DNA of 62,459 bases, the filler included, from Hausera hauseri (lineage: Eukaryota), in NCBI GenBank assembly GCA_046269625.1. It is 12 parts of 12 records of this genome, joined end to end, with 100 filler letters (N's around TTAATTAATTAA, not from the genome) between each part and the next. Parts side by side here need not be neighbours in the genome. Positions count along the whole stretch, not along the records: positions 1 to 5,780 come from JBJURY010190638.1; positions 5,881 to 10,716 come from JBJURY010418921.1; positions 10,817 to 17,350 come from JBJURY010090099.1; 9 more parts are not named here. One strand, given 5' to 3'. Position 1 is the stretch's first letter. Each line of letters starts with the position of its first letter. The translations under genes were made by a program, and so were the position numbers. This document shows positions 1 through 11,234 of the stretch, in pieces. The notes beneath the pieces are model-generated. The model worked only from the letters and a program-made list of their open reading frames with translations, did not search any database and was not told the origin of the DNA.

Positions 1-127
1 AATTTCCTTCTCCTTCCTTAGGCTCGTCATCCTCTGAGTCGTCCTTCCGTGTTGTTATTTTCTTATTTTTACGTCTGTGCAAAATTGAGGGCTTTCCTCG
101 CCGTTTTTGGTTATAATATCCAACGTG

Positions 128-900
128 TCATTCTACGTCATTCTTCCATTGATTTTCTTCATAGGCCTTTAACATTTTCCCGAAAGGTGTGATAATTGCA
201 ATTAAGATCTTACAGGAGAATCCTGTCAATGTGAATATTTCATATCCGTTTATAACAGCTTGACTTACTGCTTTAATTAATTGTACTAAGAAGTACATGG
301 CTAAGAATCCAGATGCAGCTTGTCCAAAAATTAAAATTCTTCCCAAAATCTTGTACAATATTTCTGAAGTCACCCTTTGGTAATGATTAGCGCCAAGGAG
401 AGATTCCCATTTAGCCTGATATCGCGTGTCATATACAACCGAGGCCATGGCTCGGTTTAATTCGTTAATTGTGCTCTCATCTCTGATTCATAGAAAGCCG
501 CTACTACTATATTTGGTTCTACATATTTTCCGGTATCATATTCAGCTCCACTACAGTGTCCAATATGCATGTCTAACTTTCCGGCTACCACTTTGTATGC
601 CCTGATTATTTTACTAACTTGCATTTCTAATTCCATATTATCTCACTGTACTCTTCCAGTCTCTCTAGCCTGTTTGCAATACTGACGTTCTAAGTTTATG
701 GGAATTGGAGGAGTTGTTGGTTTGGTTATTGAAGAATGTTCGTGTATTAATCCACAGTGAAAAATACTGCGGGACCGTCGTAACATACATTCCATTCCAT
801 CTAGAGATATCAGTTCTTGTTGCTGATATAAGAAGTATATAGTGACTGTTCCTAGCTGTTTTACTAACATAATTATTGTTAACAAATTGACTAACCAGTT
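128..900 (-). pseudogene. env: Chuvirus (Jingchuvirales)-like envelope glycoprotein, internally deleted
   Basis: N-terminal block ECMLRRSRSIFHCGLIHEHSS...CKQARETG...VAGKLDMHIGHCSGAEY...IVVAA and C-terminal membrane block FGQAASGFLAMYFLVQLIKAVSQAVINGYEIFTLTGFSCKILIAI match recalled chuviral G patterns. The central ectodomain is missing at about 485. Confidence 0.7.
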
Positions 901-1552
901 GGATTCATTGCCTCTATTTAAAGAGATATTTAGCATCATATCTTCTAACTTATTGGTCTCTTTTGCATTTTCCTCTTTTTCAAACAATTTAGTCCACTTT
1001 ATTTCTTTAGATATCTTTCTCGCAGCTTTTCTAGCTAATCCAATTGCCTTTTCAAATTCGTTTCCTTAATTCTTCCGTCGTATTGTTTGTCATAATTCTG
1101 TCAATCACTGTTTCGTCAGGGAGGGTGCTTTTAGATAATTTGAATCTCGAAGTTTTCATGGTCCGTGCTATATTATATATTAGTCTTTCTTTTTCGGACA
1201 GTATGTCACCTTGGAGTCCGGTATAGTTTACTATCCTAATTAAATCTCTCATTAGTTCTATCAGTTCTTCGTTATCTGAGCTCGGAGTAGGTACTGATAG
1301 TTGTCTCAGTTCCCTAATCAAATCTGCATTATAGTCTACTTCTTTTATTTTTCTTGGTCTTCCGACTGGCCGTTTTGGTTTTACTGGTGGTAAGGTTTCA
1401 CTCAGCGAGACCAAATTCTTATCATATTGCAGTTTGTCTTCATCCGTCTGTAAATACTCAAAGTACATTGCGGCATCCTGAATCCCCATGATTTTCCCAA
1501 CACAGTGCTTTGTATGTGTCTTCCTTATGGCTTCGTCTTTAGTCTGCTCACT

Positions 1553-1774
1553 GATGATAATTGCTATTATTCGATTTTCCTCGAGGGGTATAATATCTAC
1601 ATCTATTAGAAATTCTGGCTCATCTAATATTTTGCCTCTGAAATAAAGTCGATAATTAACTTCTTTTCTATTATCCTTATCAATTATCCGTTGTTTTATA
1701 TCCCCAACGGTAGTATAGGTGGTACATTGAAATTCCTCGTCGTCCATTATTTCTGATGATACCTTCACTTTAAT
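1553..1774 (-). other. Ubiquitin-like domain within the retroelement polyprotein
   Basis: IKVKVSSEIMDDEEFQCTTYTTVGDIKQRIIDKDNRKEVNYRLYFRGKILDEPEFLIDVDI follows the ubiquitin pattern (T-V-x-D-I-K-x-x-I, R-L-x-F-x-G-K-x-L-D); no C-terminal GG. Confidence 0.7.
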
Positions 1775-4640
1775 TTCCGCTTCTGGTTTATTTTTCAATA
1801 GTTTAGCGTATTCTGTTATTAGAAGCTTAGGTACGGCGCTGTATGCAGTGTTTTCACTGGATAACTTAGTCAAAGTTGGAATCAATTTCGTTAACTTTTC
1901 TTCACTTATGTTTATTTTCAATACATTGCTTAATTCCTTTTCAGTTAATGCGGGGTCAAGAAGCATTTGCACGTAGAATTTCGTCTTCTGTGCACCAGTA
2001 GGTGACTCATAAATATGTATTGGAGTTCTTTGACTTTGCTCGGTTAGACCTTGGAGATATTCATCCCATTCAGCTTCATTGTCTACGTCAGGTAACTCAT
2101 AGTTCATTAGTGCTGTATGTTCGACTTGGATTCTTTCGCGTAATTCGCTTAATTGCGGCTGTAGAATTTTCATAATGGATACCATAAATCCATCACCGTT
2201 TCCACAAGCTTGTTGTATCAGCTTTATTAATTGACACATTTCCTCTGGTTGTATCAAAGCATTTTCTTGATAATTAGTCACTTCGGCGATTCTGTTTCTT
2301 TGCCATTTCTGTATAAATTCGGTTTTATCATTCAATTCATATTCCGTAAGGGAATATTTGTTTTTATAGGTTTCTGTTTCTCTTAGTAATTCGTTCAATT
2401 GGCGTCGATTTTTCTCAGAGCGTAACCGGGTTTCTTTTATCAGACGTATCCGATTTGTTAGTCTTTTCTCTACTACTTCGTCAATTTCCGCCATTTCTGT
2501 CAACAATGAGATTAAATTGTACGTTTGGTTTAACACTTCGGCGTCTGGATCTATTGCGTCCATCAGCCTACTTACGAACTTGGCTTCATCGCTCGTCAGT
2601 TGCGGATCATTTCTAATTTTCGTTAATTCGGAGTGGCAATGTAGGTCAAAGCCTGGTGATCATTCCACTGGATTCTGTATATATTGCAGTGTCTGCGCGA
2701 GAGCAATCCGGTGGTTATTACATACTTCTATCTCCTGTACAGAGATTTCCTTTAACGGTTTCTGTATTAAGTTCTGCATTCCTTCCCAACGGATGTTTAC
2801 TAAGCTCCGCTGGAGATCACTTAGTTTATTTCTTTTTCTGTAGAAGTCCTTCTGCTCTATCATAGTATATATTTCTGTTACGTTGTCAGATCTTGATCCT
2901 GATTCATAAATTCAAGTTCTCGAAATGATTCGAATTTGATTCGCAATCTTGTTTCATCTTCCATCGTATCGATATCTGTTAGCATTTCTTCTAATTGTTG
3001 TTTCATTATCGGCTTAACCACAGCAAACACCCTTAGTCGTTCGTTAATCACTTCGGCTATAGAAGGTAACAAATTTATCCACTTCTCCAATTGTTTAAAT
3101 ATTTCTGGTTTAGCGTGTATAATTTTGTCCAAAGCCTCAAAAGCTTCTTTTAGTTCGTGATCGGGTATTCGTACAAATTCTAGAATTTGTCTCGTGTAGT
3201 TGTATTCCTCTTTATATTCATCTAGTTCGAGGAGACAGGCACGTATTTTTCTTTGTACTTCTACTTTTTCGAGGTGAACTATACCAATCTTTAAGTCGTT
3301 AATTTTGGCTCGTATTTCATTTTCTCTTTCGATACGTATTTTTAAATCTGTATATTTCTGAGGTTTATCCTTTATTATGCTGCACATTTCCAATAGAAAG
3401 AAATTATCGGTTTGGTCTATATTCAGTATATATAGGTTGGCATCAGTTAGTTCTTAAACTTGCTTATTATGAAGATAAGAAATTATCGCTTCTTCTATCT
3501 CACGTATCAATCCTTCTAAATTACGCCTTACGCGTTTTAGTCTTGGGTTGTTCTTAAGTGTGTTTAACAGTCATTGTGATTGATTAACCTGATCCAGAAA
3601 CGGTTCGTTTTTATTCTACCATATTTTCGTAAAATTGATCTCACTCGTCTTCCAACTTTCTAATTTATTTTCCCAAGTTTTTATCAAGTCTTGCGACGTT
3701 TCGTGCAGTTCATACTGTATGTCTTCTTTTCCTTTCTGGATGTCGGTTTTCAACTTCTTATATAACTTTTCTAAGAATTGTTGTTCATTCCTTGAGATGT
3801 CCAACTGCTTGCTCATTTGCCGAAGTTTTTGCAAGCTCTCAGGTAGTCCTTTTAGGTCGTTCAAAGTGTCTCTTATTTCTGTTAGTTCATTTGCATTTTT
3901 CCAAGATTTTCTGATCTTCGCAAATTTAATCGACTTTTCCTCTTTTGACTCCTCTTCAGTAGATGGTAATGGACATATTTCATTTATTTTATCAATATTC
4001 GTAATGCTTGTTATTTCCGTGGTGTCTTGTATTCTAACAGGAGTGTCTAACTATGTTTCATCTCTTATAGTGATAGTGAAATCTTCTTTTTCTACATCCC
4101 TTTTGATAGGTGATCGTGAACGAGTTCTCGACCTTTTTCTAAGAGAGGGGCTTTTACCTCTATTTTTTCGTTATCTTAAGTATCAGTAGTCCGATAAATT
4201 TGCTTTCAACCTCATCTGTTGCTTTGTCCTTATCTTTAGGTGCAGCCTTAGCATCCAATGTTACTTTGTCCTTATCTCTAGGTGCAACCTCGGTATTTGC
4301 ATCCAAATCTACGCTTGGAGACATAGTTGGCTTTGCCACTGGATTTAGGTTTTTCTTTCTGGCCATGTTAGTATTCTTAGGTGATAGCCTTTTCGTATTC
4401 CGCTGTTGGTTCTCTTAATCCGTGATAAACTTCTATTTGATGCAACTTTTCTTCGTATTCCTTTCTAACCTTGATTACTTGTGGATTATTAGATTCGCCC
4501 ATATTTTTTACACACCTCCGTAAGTCTTGCATTTCAATAATCATGCTTATGTCACCTCGTTTCCTGTAGATCCTTTCCAAATTATCTTTTATCATACTAG
4601 CTCTATTAGTCTCTGCAAATGATACACTCTGTGGATTAAG

Positions 4641-5672
4641 TCATGATCTATTTATGTGACCTTCTTTACCACACGAATAGCAAATTAAATTTCCGTCTCG
4701 ATCAATCCTTTGTGTTCCGTCTTCATTTAATGGTGATTTGTGTCGACCCATCATTTTACCTTGAGCTAGCTGAGCTTGCTTATCATTTCCATTATTTCTA
4801 TTTTCAAAATTTCGATTTTTTATATATCTACTCTTGTTACTTCTGTCATTACTTTGATTTATATTCGGATTATAACCTGTTTGGTAGGTATTTTGGTTGC
4901 CATTAAAGTTCCTATTATCATATCTCGTGTTGCGATTGGAGGCGTTTTGAGTTCTATTCTCGTAGCCTCGGTCCTTATTATTTTCGTTAAATCTTCTATT
5001 GTTCCTGTTTCTCTCACGATTGTCACGATCATTATTTCGGTCATACCTTTCATTCTGTCTGGTATACCTATCTAATGCCATTTCCAAGTTCTGAGCTAAT
5101 TGTAATGCCGTCTCGAAATTGTCTGGTCGGGCCAAAAATAGTTGCTTAACTAAATCTCTAGACCATATCCCGTTTATTAATTGTGTTGTCATCATGACAT
5201 CTAAATCTGGCGTGCTCGCCTTTTCTGCCGCTTCACGTTCTTCGGTTGTCTTTGCCTTTGCTGCGTTAACTATCCTTAGCATACTCACGTAACTATTAGC
5301 AAGCTTTTTTAATGCAAATGCAAATTGAGTAACCGATTCACCTTTTTGTTGTGTTCTGCTCTGAAAAGCCACCAGCTTTTGTTGTAACGTAACTGTCGGC
5401 AATAGTTTACGATTCAGAGCTCCTACTACAGAGGACCATGATTTCTCGTCATTAGTCAATTCACTATAGGCATCTGCAGCCAAATTTTTTAAATATAATT
5501 ATAATTGTTTTATCATGACTTCGGTTGCAAGACCGGCACCTTTTGCGTGCTATTTATAAGTTCGTAAAAAGTCTTTTAGTCCATCTGGGTCACCATTGTA
5601 TGCGGGTAAATTTAACGAGTCGAACGTGAATATATCAAGTTTCTGAGCAATCACTAGATTATCTGCTGCCAT
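4641..5672 (-). pseudogene. gag: Ty3/gypsy-type Gag (capsid, Asn/Arg-rich linker, CCHC knuckle)
   Basis: ATG at 5672 (MAADNLVIAQK) is in frame with ORF 4641-5483 through two stops. Capsid motif RTQQKGESVTQFAFALKKLA; knuckle CYSCGKEGHINRS* with TGA where copy 2 has the last Cys. Confidence 0.85.
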
Positions 5673-5780
5673 TTTAATTTTATTCGTTTTGTCTACTTCA
5701 GTTCTAGTAGGAACTTTAAATTCTCTAAGAGAGTTTAATGCAGTATCGAACAGATAGTGCTTATCTATTATATTATCTTC

Positions 5781-5880
5781 NNNNNNNNNNNNNNNNNNNN
5801 NNNNNNNNNNNNNNNNNNNNNNNNTTAATTAATTAANNNNNNNNNNNNNNNNNNNNNNNNNNNNNNNNNNNNNNNNNNNN
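5781..5880. other. Artificial contig spacer (44 N + TTAATTAATTAA + 44 N); also at 10717-10816, 17351-17450, 22955-23054, 27543-27642, 34556-34655, 38766-38865, 44478-44577, 49074-49173, 53837-53936, 58029-58128
   Basis: Eleven identical 100-bp spacers whose core gives stops in all six frames. Confidence 0.98.
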
Positions 5881-7800
5881 GAAATAAAAATTTCTATAAG
5901 GGGAATACTGCACAAGTACCACATTATTATTATTATTATCATTAATTGACAAAACATCAAAGCTTACCTTACTCACACCAACCATCGCACCAAATTCCCA
6001 ATCCCGCCCATTGCCAACAACAACTGCATCACCGTCACTCACTGTCGCCACCGAATAATTCTCATTCAATCGATGAACACACCGCACAAACGATCCGCAA
6101 CCGCATTGACTATCAGCCAATTCAGCCTTCACCAATTGCCGTGTCTGTCGACCTTCGTCCAACTTGTCCAATTCGAATTGGCAAACAAATGTCGGCTGGG
6201 CCGTTATCGAATGTTTTGGTGTCGTCATCAATCGTGTATGAAATACGGTGCGCATTGCCGCATTTGACAAACTGAACAGTTGCAGTAACCCATCGCGACA
6301 GCCAATGACGACACAATTCAATGATGGACAGAATGTCGACGATGTGACTTGTCCAATGGGGATTCGTCGACTGCGTTTTGCCGGATTATGGACGGCACAT
6401 AGCAACAGTCCATGGGTTGTTGATGAACTGTGTTTCCCACCGGCCAATAAAATGGTATCACCGGAGGGTGGCCAGATGATTTGTGCTCCAATGACAGCAT
6501 CTTTATCAATGGTAGTGTGTTGTGTTGACGATGACATGTTGATGATCCGACAATGCGGTTCATTAATTGACGTGACTGCAATAATATCGTTGCTATGGGG
6601 ACTGCATTGGATCGATCTGACTGGACCGGTGACGGCCCTTTTGAATGAATACGGTCGTAAATGGACATCATTTGTCATGGTCAATGCTGCTGCAGTTAGC
6701 CGATAAACACCGACAAATCCGTTACTGTATCCAACATAAATTCCATCATGAAATTGCCGTGGCCAATGAACGCATGTAGGAAATACTGAACACCCCTGCC
6801 CCCCTAACAACCGTCGATCGTACGCACATAAACACAACACTGAACTATCCGCCGATATCTCCATAAATTTCCCTGCGGTACTCACCAAATTCACTGGCAA
6901 TATCCTCACGAATCCATCGACCGTTGCAATACATAAATGGCCAATCAATGGCACCGTACGAATGACTGCCGGTAACGGCTGTGGTGACCAACAACAATCG
7001 GTCATCTTACCGAATTTCTGCATCATTATCACATGCAATCTCGGTAATTGGGCATGTTCTGTACCCATATTCAATTGTCCACAATCGATTATCTGTATCA
7101 TTTGTTCATTACTGCCATTTGTCCGACCATCAGACTCATCAATTCGATCAGCCAACTCCTTCATTATCCCCACAGCAATAAATTGTCGTCCGTGATGTAA
7201 TTCACTGTTCAACGGTGCCCATGACATACAGGAAACATACGATCCGACATTGATTACTGCACCCGATTGATTGTCGATTTTATTGGCCCGTTGAATTCCA
7301 TCGAACGCCGACAACTGTTCAATACGACTACCGCCTTTCACTCGTTTACTGACAGAGATCTTCTGTAAATATGCAATTGTCGTTGTCTTCCGTTGGGCAC
7401 TGAACACCTCCGTACAAATGGGCTTTGATGGAAACAAACATTCAGCAATTCGATCATGCAATGGACCACGTTCAATATCAATTCTAATACGTCAATTCGA
7501 ACCGTAATTCAATCACTGACAAGACAAACTCACAAAATTTTATCAGCCCAATATACTCGATTAGACAAATCACTGAACAACTGCATTTGGTCATTGAAAT
7601 GGGCTTTATAAATTTCAACACCCGATTGTGACTGACCATTTGTGTCGGATACGCAAATCGTTTGGAGCTGTTGTCAACAATAAATATCTCATTTCACTCG
7701 ATTTCCCTGCCATTCCATGTTCCAAATTTTATGTATATTTCATAAGAATCACTCGCAGTATTCTCATTCAACGATTTATTCCAATCTTCCTTCGCAAATC
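5881..7800 (-). CDS. WD40 protein, likely TFIIIC subunit (GTF3C2/Tfc6-like), partial
   Basis: Long ORF with WD-like blades (INVGSYVSCMSWAP, QFIAVG, FGKMTDCCWSP, VGYSNGFVGVY). A GT-AG intron at 7484-7533 extends the frame upstream; 3' end is cut by the spacer. Confidence 0.55.
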
Positions 7801-8097
7801 AAATTGACAACAAAACGGAATAATTTAAACAAATATTCCAACGAAAAATCTTTGCTCATTAATAGGCACATACATTAAATCCTCCGCTCAAACATACACA
7901 CTAGAAAATTGATGTTTATTTTAGATTAAAAGACCAAAATGATGCAGATAATTTCGTTAAATTTTATACGATATGCCGTCAGTTAGTTCCAGAATAGTAG
8001 AAATTAAATAACAAAATCTATGATTTATTTTGTAGATTCATTGGCGTTGTATAGGAAAAATATTGTAATTTTAACAATTAATTTACCGGTGAAAGTC

Positions 8098-8365
8098 TGT
8101 CGCTGAAAGTCAGCAAAATTCTCCTCGTCAAAAATCTCCCGTACGAGATGTACGACATTTTCGGTAAGTACGTGCCTATTCGGCAAATGCGCATTGGAAA
8201 CTCGGCAGAAACGAAAGGAACGGCATTCGTTGTGTACGACGATATTTTCAATGCAAAAAACTCATGTGACCATTTGAGCGGATTTAACGTTCAGAATCAG
8301 TACATCGTCGTCATTTATTTCTCTCCCAACAAGATTTTCAAACGAACTTATGTGAATAAGAAGAG
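8098..8365 (+). pseudogene. SF3B6: SF3B6 (SF3b14/p14) degenerate copy
   Basis: [58 protein letters not shown]. It lacks the conserved KITAE segment and has an aberrant C-terminus. Confidence 0.8.
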
Positions 8366-8419
8366 GGGGTTTGGCTACTTCCAAAATTTTAGACTCTTCC
8401 CTTATCTCTTCTACCGTCA

Positions 8420-8957
8420 TTTTTAGTTTGAGAGCAAACCGCTCTCAGCACTTTTCAGCTTTTCTTTGTTCAACTCAAAAATTTTGTCAGTTGATTGGCG
8501 CACTGTGATTTCATGTCAAAAACTTTTCTCCTTATTTTTGACATATGTTGGCCAATTCGACCACCTCATCGAGAGGGTTCACCTTCCTCATGAACGTCGT
8601 TTTAAACTATATAATGGCTTCTTCGTTCGACGGTTGGTTTCCTTTCTTTTCCTTAAAATCCGTGCACCAAACTCTAGCTTGTTCCGTTAACAAGAATTCA
8701 CATAGCTCCACAAACGGCCGTCGTAAAAAATTGTTAGCATGAATCATGTCTTCCAACCATCGTTTGGCCTCATCAGTGAATGATCCATCAAATTACCGAA
8801 AGGAAGCATCGTAGTATTTCCGGAAGTGTTCATGAGAAACTGGAGAACTTGAATGACCTTGTCCCATTGTCCTGGTTGGATCGCCAGTAAAGAAGACTTT
8901 GCTCGGCAAAGTCGGAGGATCGAAATCCTGAAGTTCATCGGCTTTATTTTCCATCAT
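8420..8957 (-). pseudogene. Isolated Ty3/gypsy (Arc-like) capsid gag remnant
   Basis: Manual translation from ATG 8957: ...SFR*FDGSFTDEAKRWLEDMIHANNFLRRPFVELCEFLLTEQARVWCTDF...FKTTF...ANICQK*GEK; capsid spacing with several stops. Confidence 0.55.
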
Positions 8958-9769
8958 AATTGAAATAAGTCCAAAGAGTTTTTAAAGTGTTTATTTATCC
9001 ATTATTTAAACAAATTAAGATAAATAATAATTTGCTTATTATTTAATTTTGCTGCTCCATTACTTGCGTATTTGATTTCTTTAAAAATATATTTATATCT
9101 TTACACAGAACGTAATGATGTTTATATAGAAATAAGATAATTCCTTTTTCATTCAAATGAGAAATTACTATTGGTTCTAATGACTTATTATCAAATATTT
9201 CATAAACGTTTACTAAATTATTAAGATTTTTTTCATTATATTTATAGAACAATTTATTTTATTGTAGACCTTTAAAATGTTAAAATTTTTGTTCTTTTGG
9301 TAAGCGGTTAAATTTAAATAAATTTAAAGCTTACAAAATGTTCATAATATGATCCATTTATGCAAGAAGTGCCGTAAGATAGAAGATACACATAGGGGAA
9401 CCACGTATATAAGAAGCTTTTGATTGTATGTAATATCACTATCATAACTATTACATAAACCTTTTGTAAATATCCTGCATATGTTACTAGTTGCATTTAT
9501 TTTTAATAAGTAACATTAATACATAAAACTGTTAAACAAGAATGTTTATCAAATAATTGAGCTCTTTTATAGTTACATTTGGCCTCAAAATTGTGATAAA
9601 TACTAAATTTTAATTGTTTTCGTTTAGTTAATATTTAAATTTAGACATGTAAGTATTGTATGCGGGTAAAACAATGAGACTTCTTTATTTGAAAGAAACG
9701 ATTTAATGATACTCGAAAAATAATACTTGGGAAAAGCTATATTTACAAAAAATAATTATTTACATATTC

Positions 9770-10716
9770 TTGAAAAAGTCTTTTTAATAAGGCCTCTTTC
9801 AGCATTGATTATATTTTCAATCCTGGATCTAAAAGATGAACAAACGGTACGAATATAGTATTCTGAAATAGCTCTCCGCTGGTGTGTAATGGCTAATCTT
9901 AGTTTGGCAACGCTTTTATGAGAATGTTCACAAGCCTTTGTCTGAACATACTCCTAAATGCTATAATCCAAAGGATTAAGATCTGGTGAACTCGGCGGCC
10001 ACAATTCCTTAGACCAGAAATTTGGAATGTTACTCCTTAACCATGTCTGGGTCCTTTTTGCGGTGTGAACTGGTGCTTCATCTTGCTGGAGCACAATATT
10101 ACGTGTTGAACCATAGTTTTCATTTACCCAAGGCAGAACGTGATTCTCTAGGATGTTCAGGTAGACATCAGCATTTCTTTTTTGGCCACTCTCAATGAAC
10201 ACTGGATCCATTTTTACCATCAGATGAGACCAATTCAAATACCATTACGGAGACTGGGTGTTTAGTACGGAAGGAGAATCTTGTGTGGTCTGGAACATTG
10301 GAGGCTTTGCTTGAAGAGATGTAACGATTTGTTCTACTACTTGGAGACACTGTCAACTGTATAAAGCTTTTCATCAGTAAAGAGAGTTTTATGGTGCCGT
10401 TTCTTAAGTATATTTAGCAATTTTTTGCATCTTGACAATCTAGCTGTTTTATTACGATCTGTAATTAAGTGGCGTTTAACACGTGATCGACTTGTAGCCA
10501 ATATATCATATTTAACAATTTGGCGAATTGCTTTTTTATTCACACCAGCTACCCTGGCCATCTTTCTCATGCTTCTTACTGGATTTCGTTTAATCTTCTC
10601 TTTGATTGACTTAATGAGAGTTTGAGTGCGAACAGACCTTTTTCTGCCACGGCCAGGCTTTCTTGGAACTGGAGACTTGCTAATTGGTGACTTAATCCGG
10701 AACATAGTAGCTCTGG
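9770..10716 (-). mobile_element. Tc1/mariner-superfamily DD37D (maT) transposase, frameshifted
   Basis: GRGRKRSVRT HTH linker, FTDEK, and QQDEAP...WPPSSPDLNPLDY with 37 residues between the second and third Asp. Confidence 0.9.
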
Positions 10717-11234
10717 NNNNNNNNNNNNNNNNNNNNNNNNNNNNNNNNNNNNNNNNNNNNTTAATTAATTAANNNNNNNNNNNNNNNNNNNNNNNNNNNN
10801 NNNNNNNNNNNNNNNNCTGAGGATAAAATAATTGTTTTTCAATTCTGCATTTAAGATGGAATTCGAATATTCGATATTGTGGTTCGATAGATATAATGTA
10901 AAGTCCAGCAAAGGATGATTATCTCGCTCGTTTTGGCCGAAGTATACTTCGTGTTGATTGATACTTTCTTGGACAAATCTTCACACAAAGTGACATTTGG
11001 CAATCTGATAAACTGGTTCACATCATTGTCCCATTTCTTTTGACTGCGGACCAATCGGACACTCGTCTCAAGGATTTAGTGGAGAGCAGCAATTTCCAGT
11101 CTTCTGCAGCTCAGTATTCCACGGGATATTCATGTAATCTCCGCCATGTCAGCATTGTAAAAATAATATTCCAGTTCGGCAATCGATTCGTAAACACAAA
11201 ATGTACTACTACGTCTGCAGATGAAATCCGAACA

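Larger units (their letters stand above)
1..5780 (-). mobile_element. Degenerate LTR-retroelement internal region, copy 1: Gag-zinc knuckle, long accessory region, chuvirus-like envelope; no pol seen
   Basis: Minus-strand ORFs 4641-5483, 4377-4595, 4160-4366, 3616-3864, 2878-3393, 2660-2863, 1052-2563, 643-987 and 128-448 join through single stops or frameshifts into one polyprotein of more than 1,850 aa. It is homologous to the LTR/PBS-bearing copy at 54911-58028. Confidence 0.8.
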
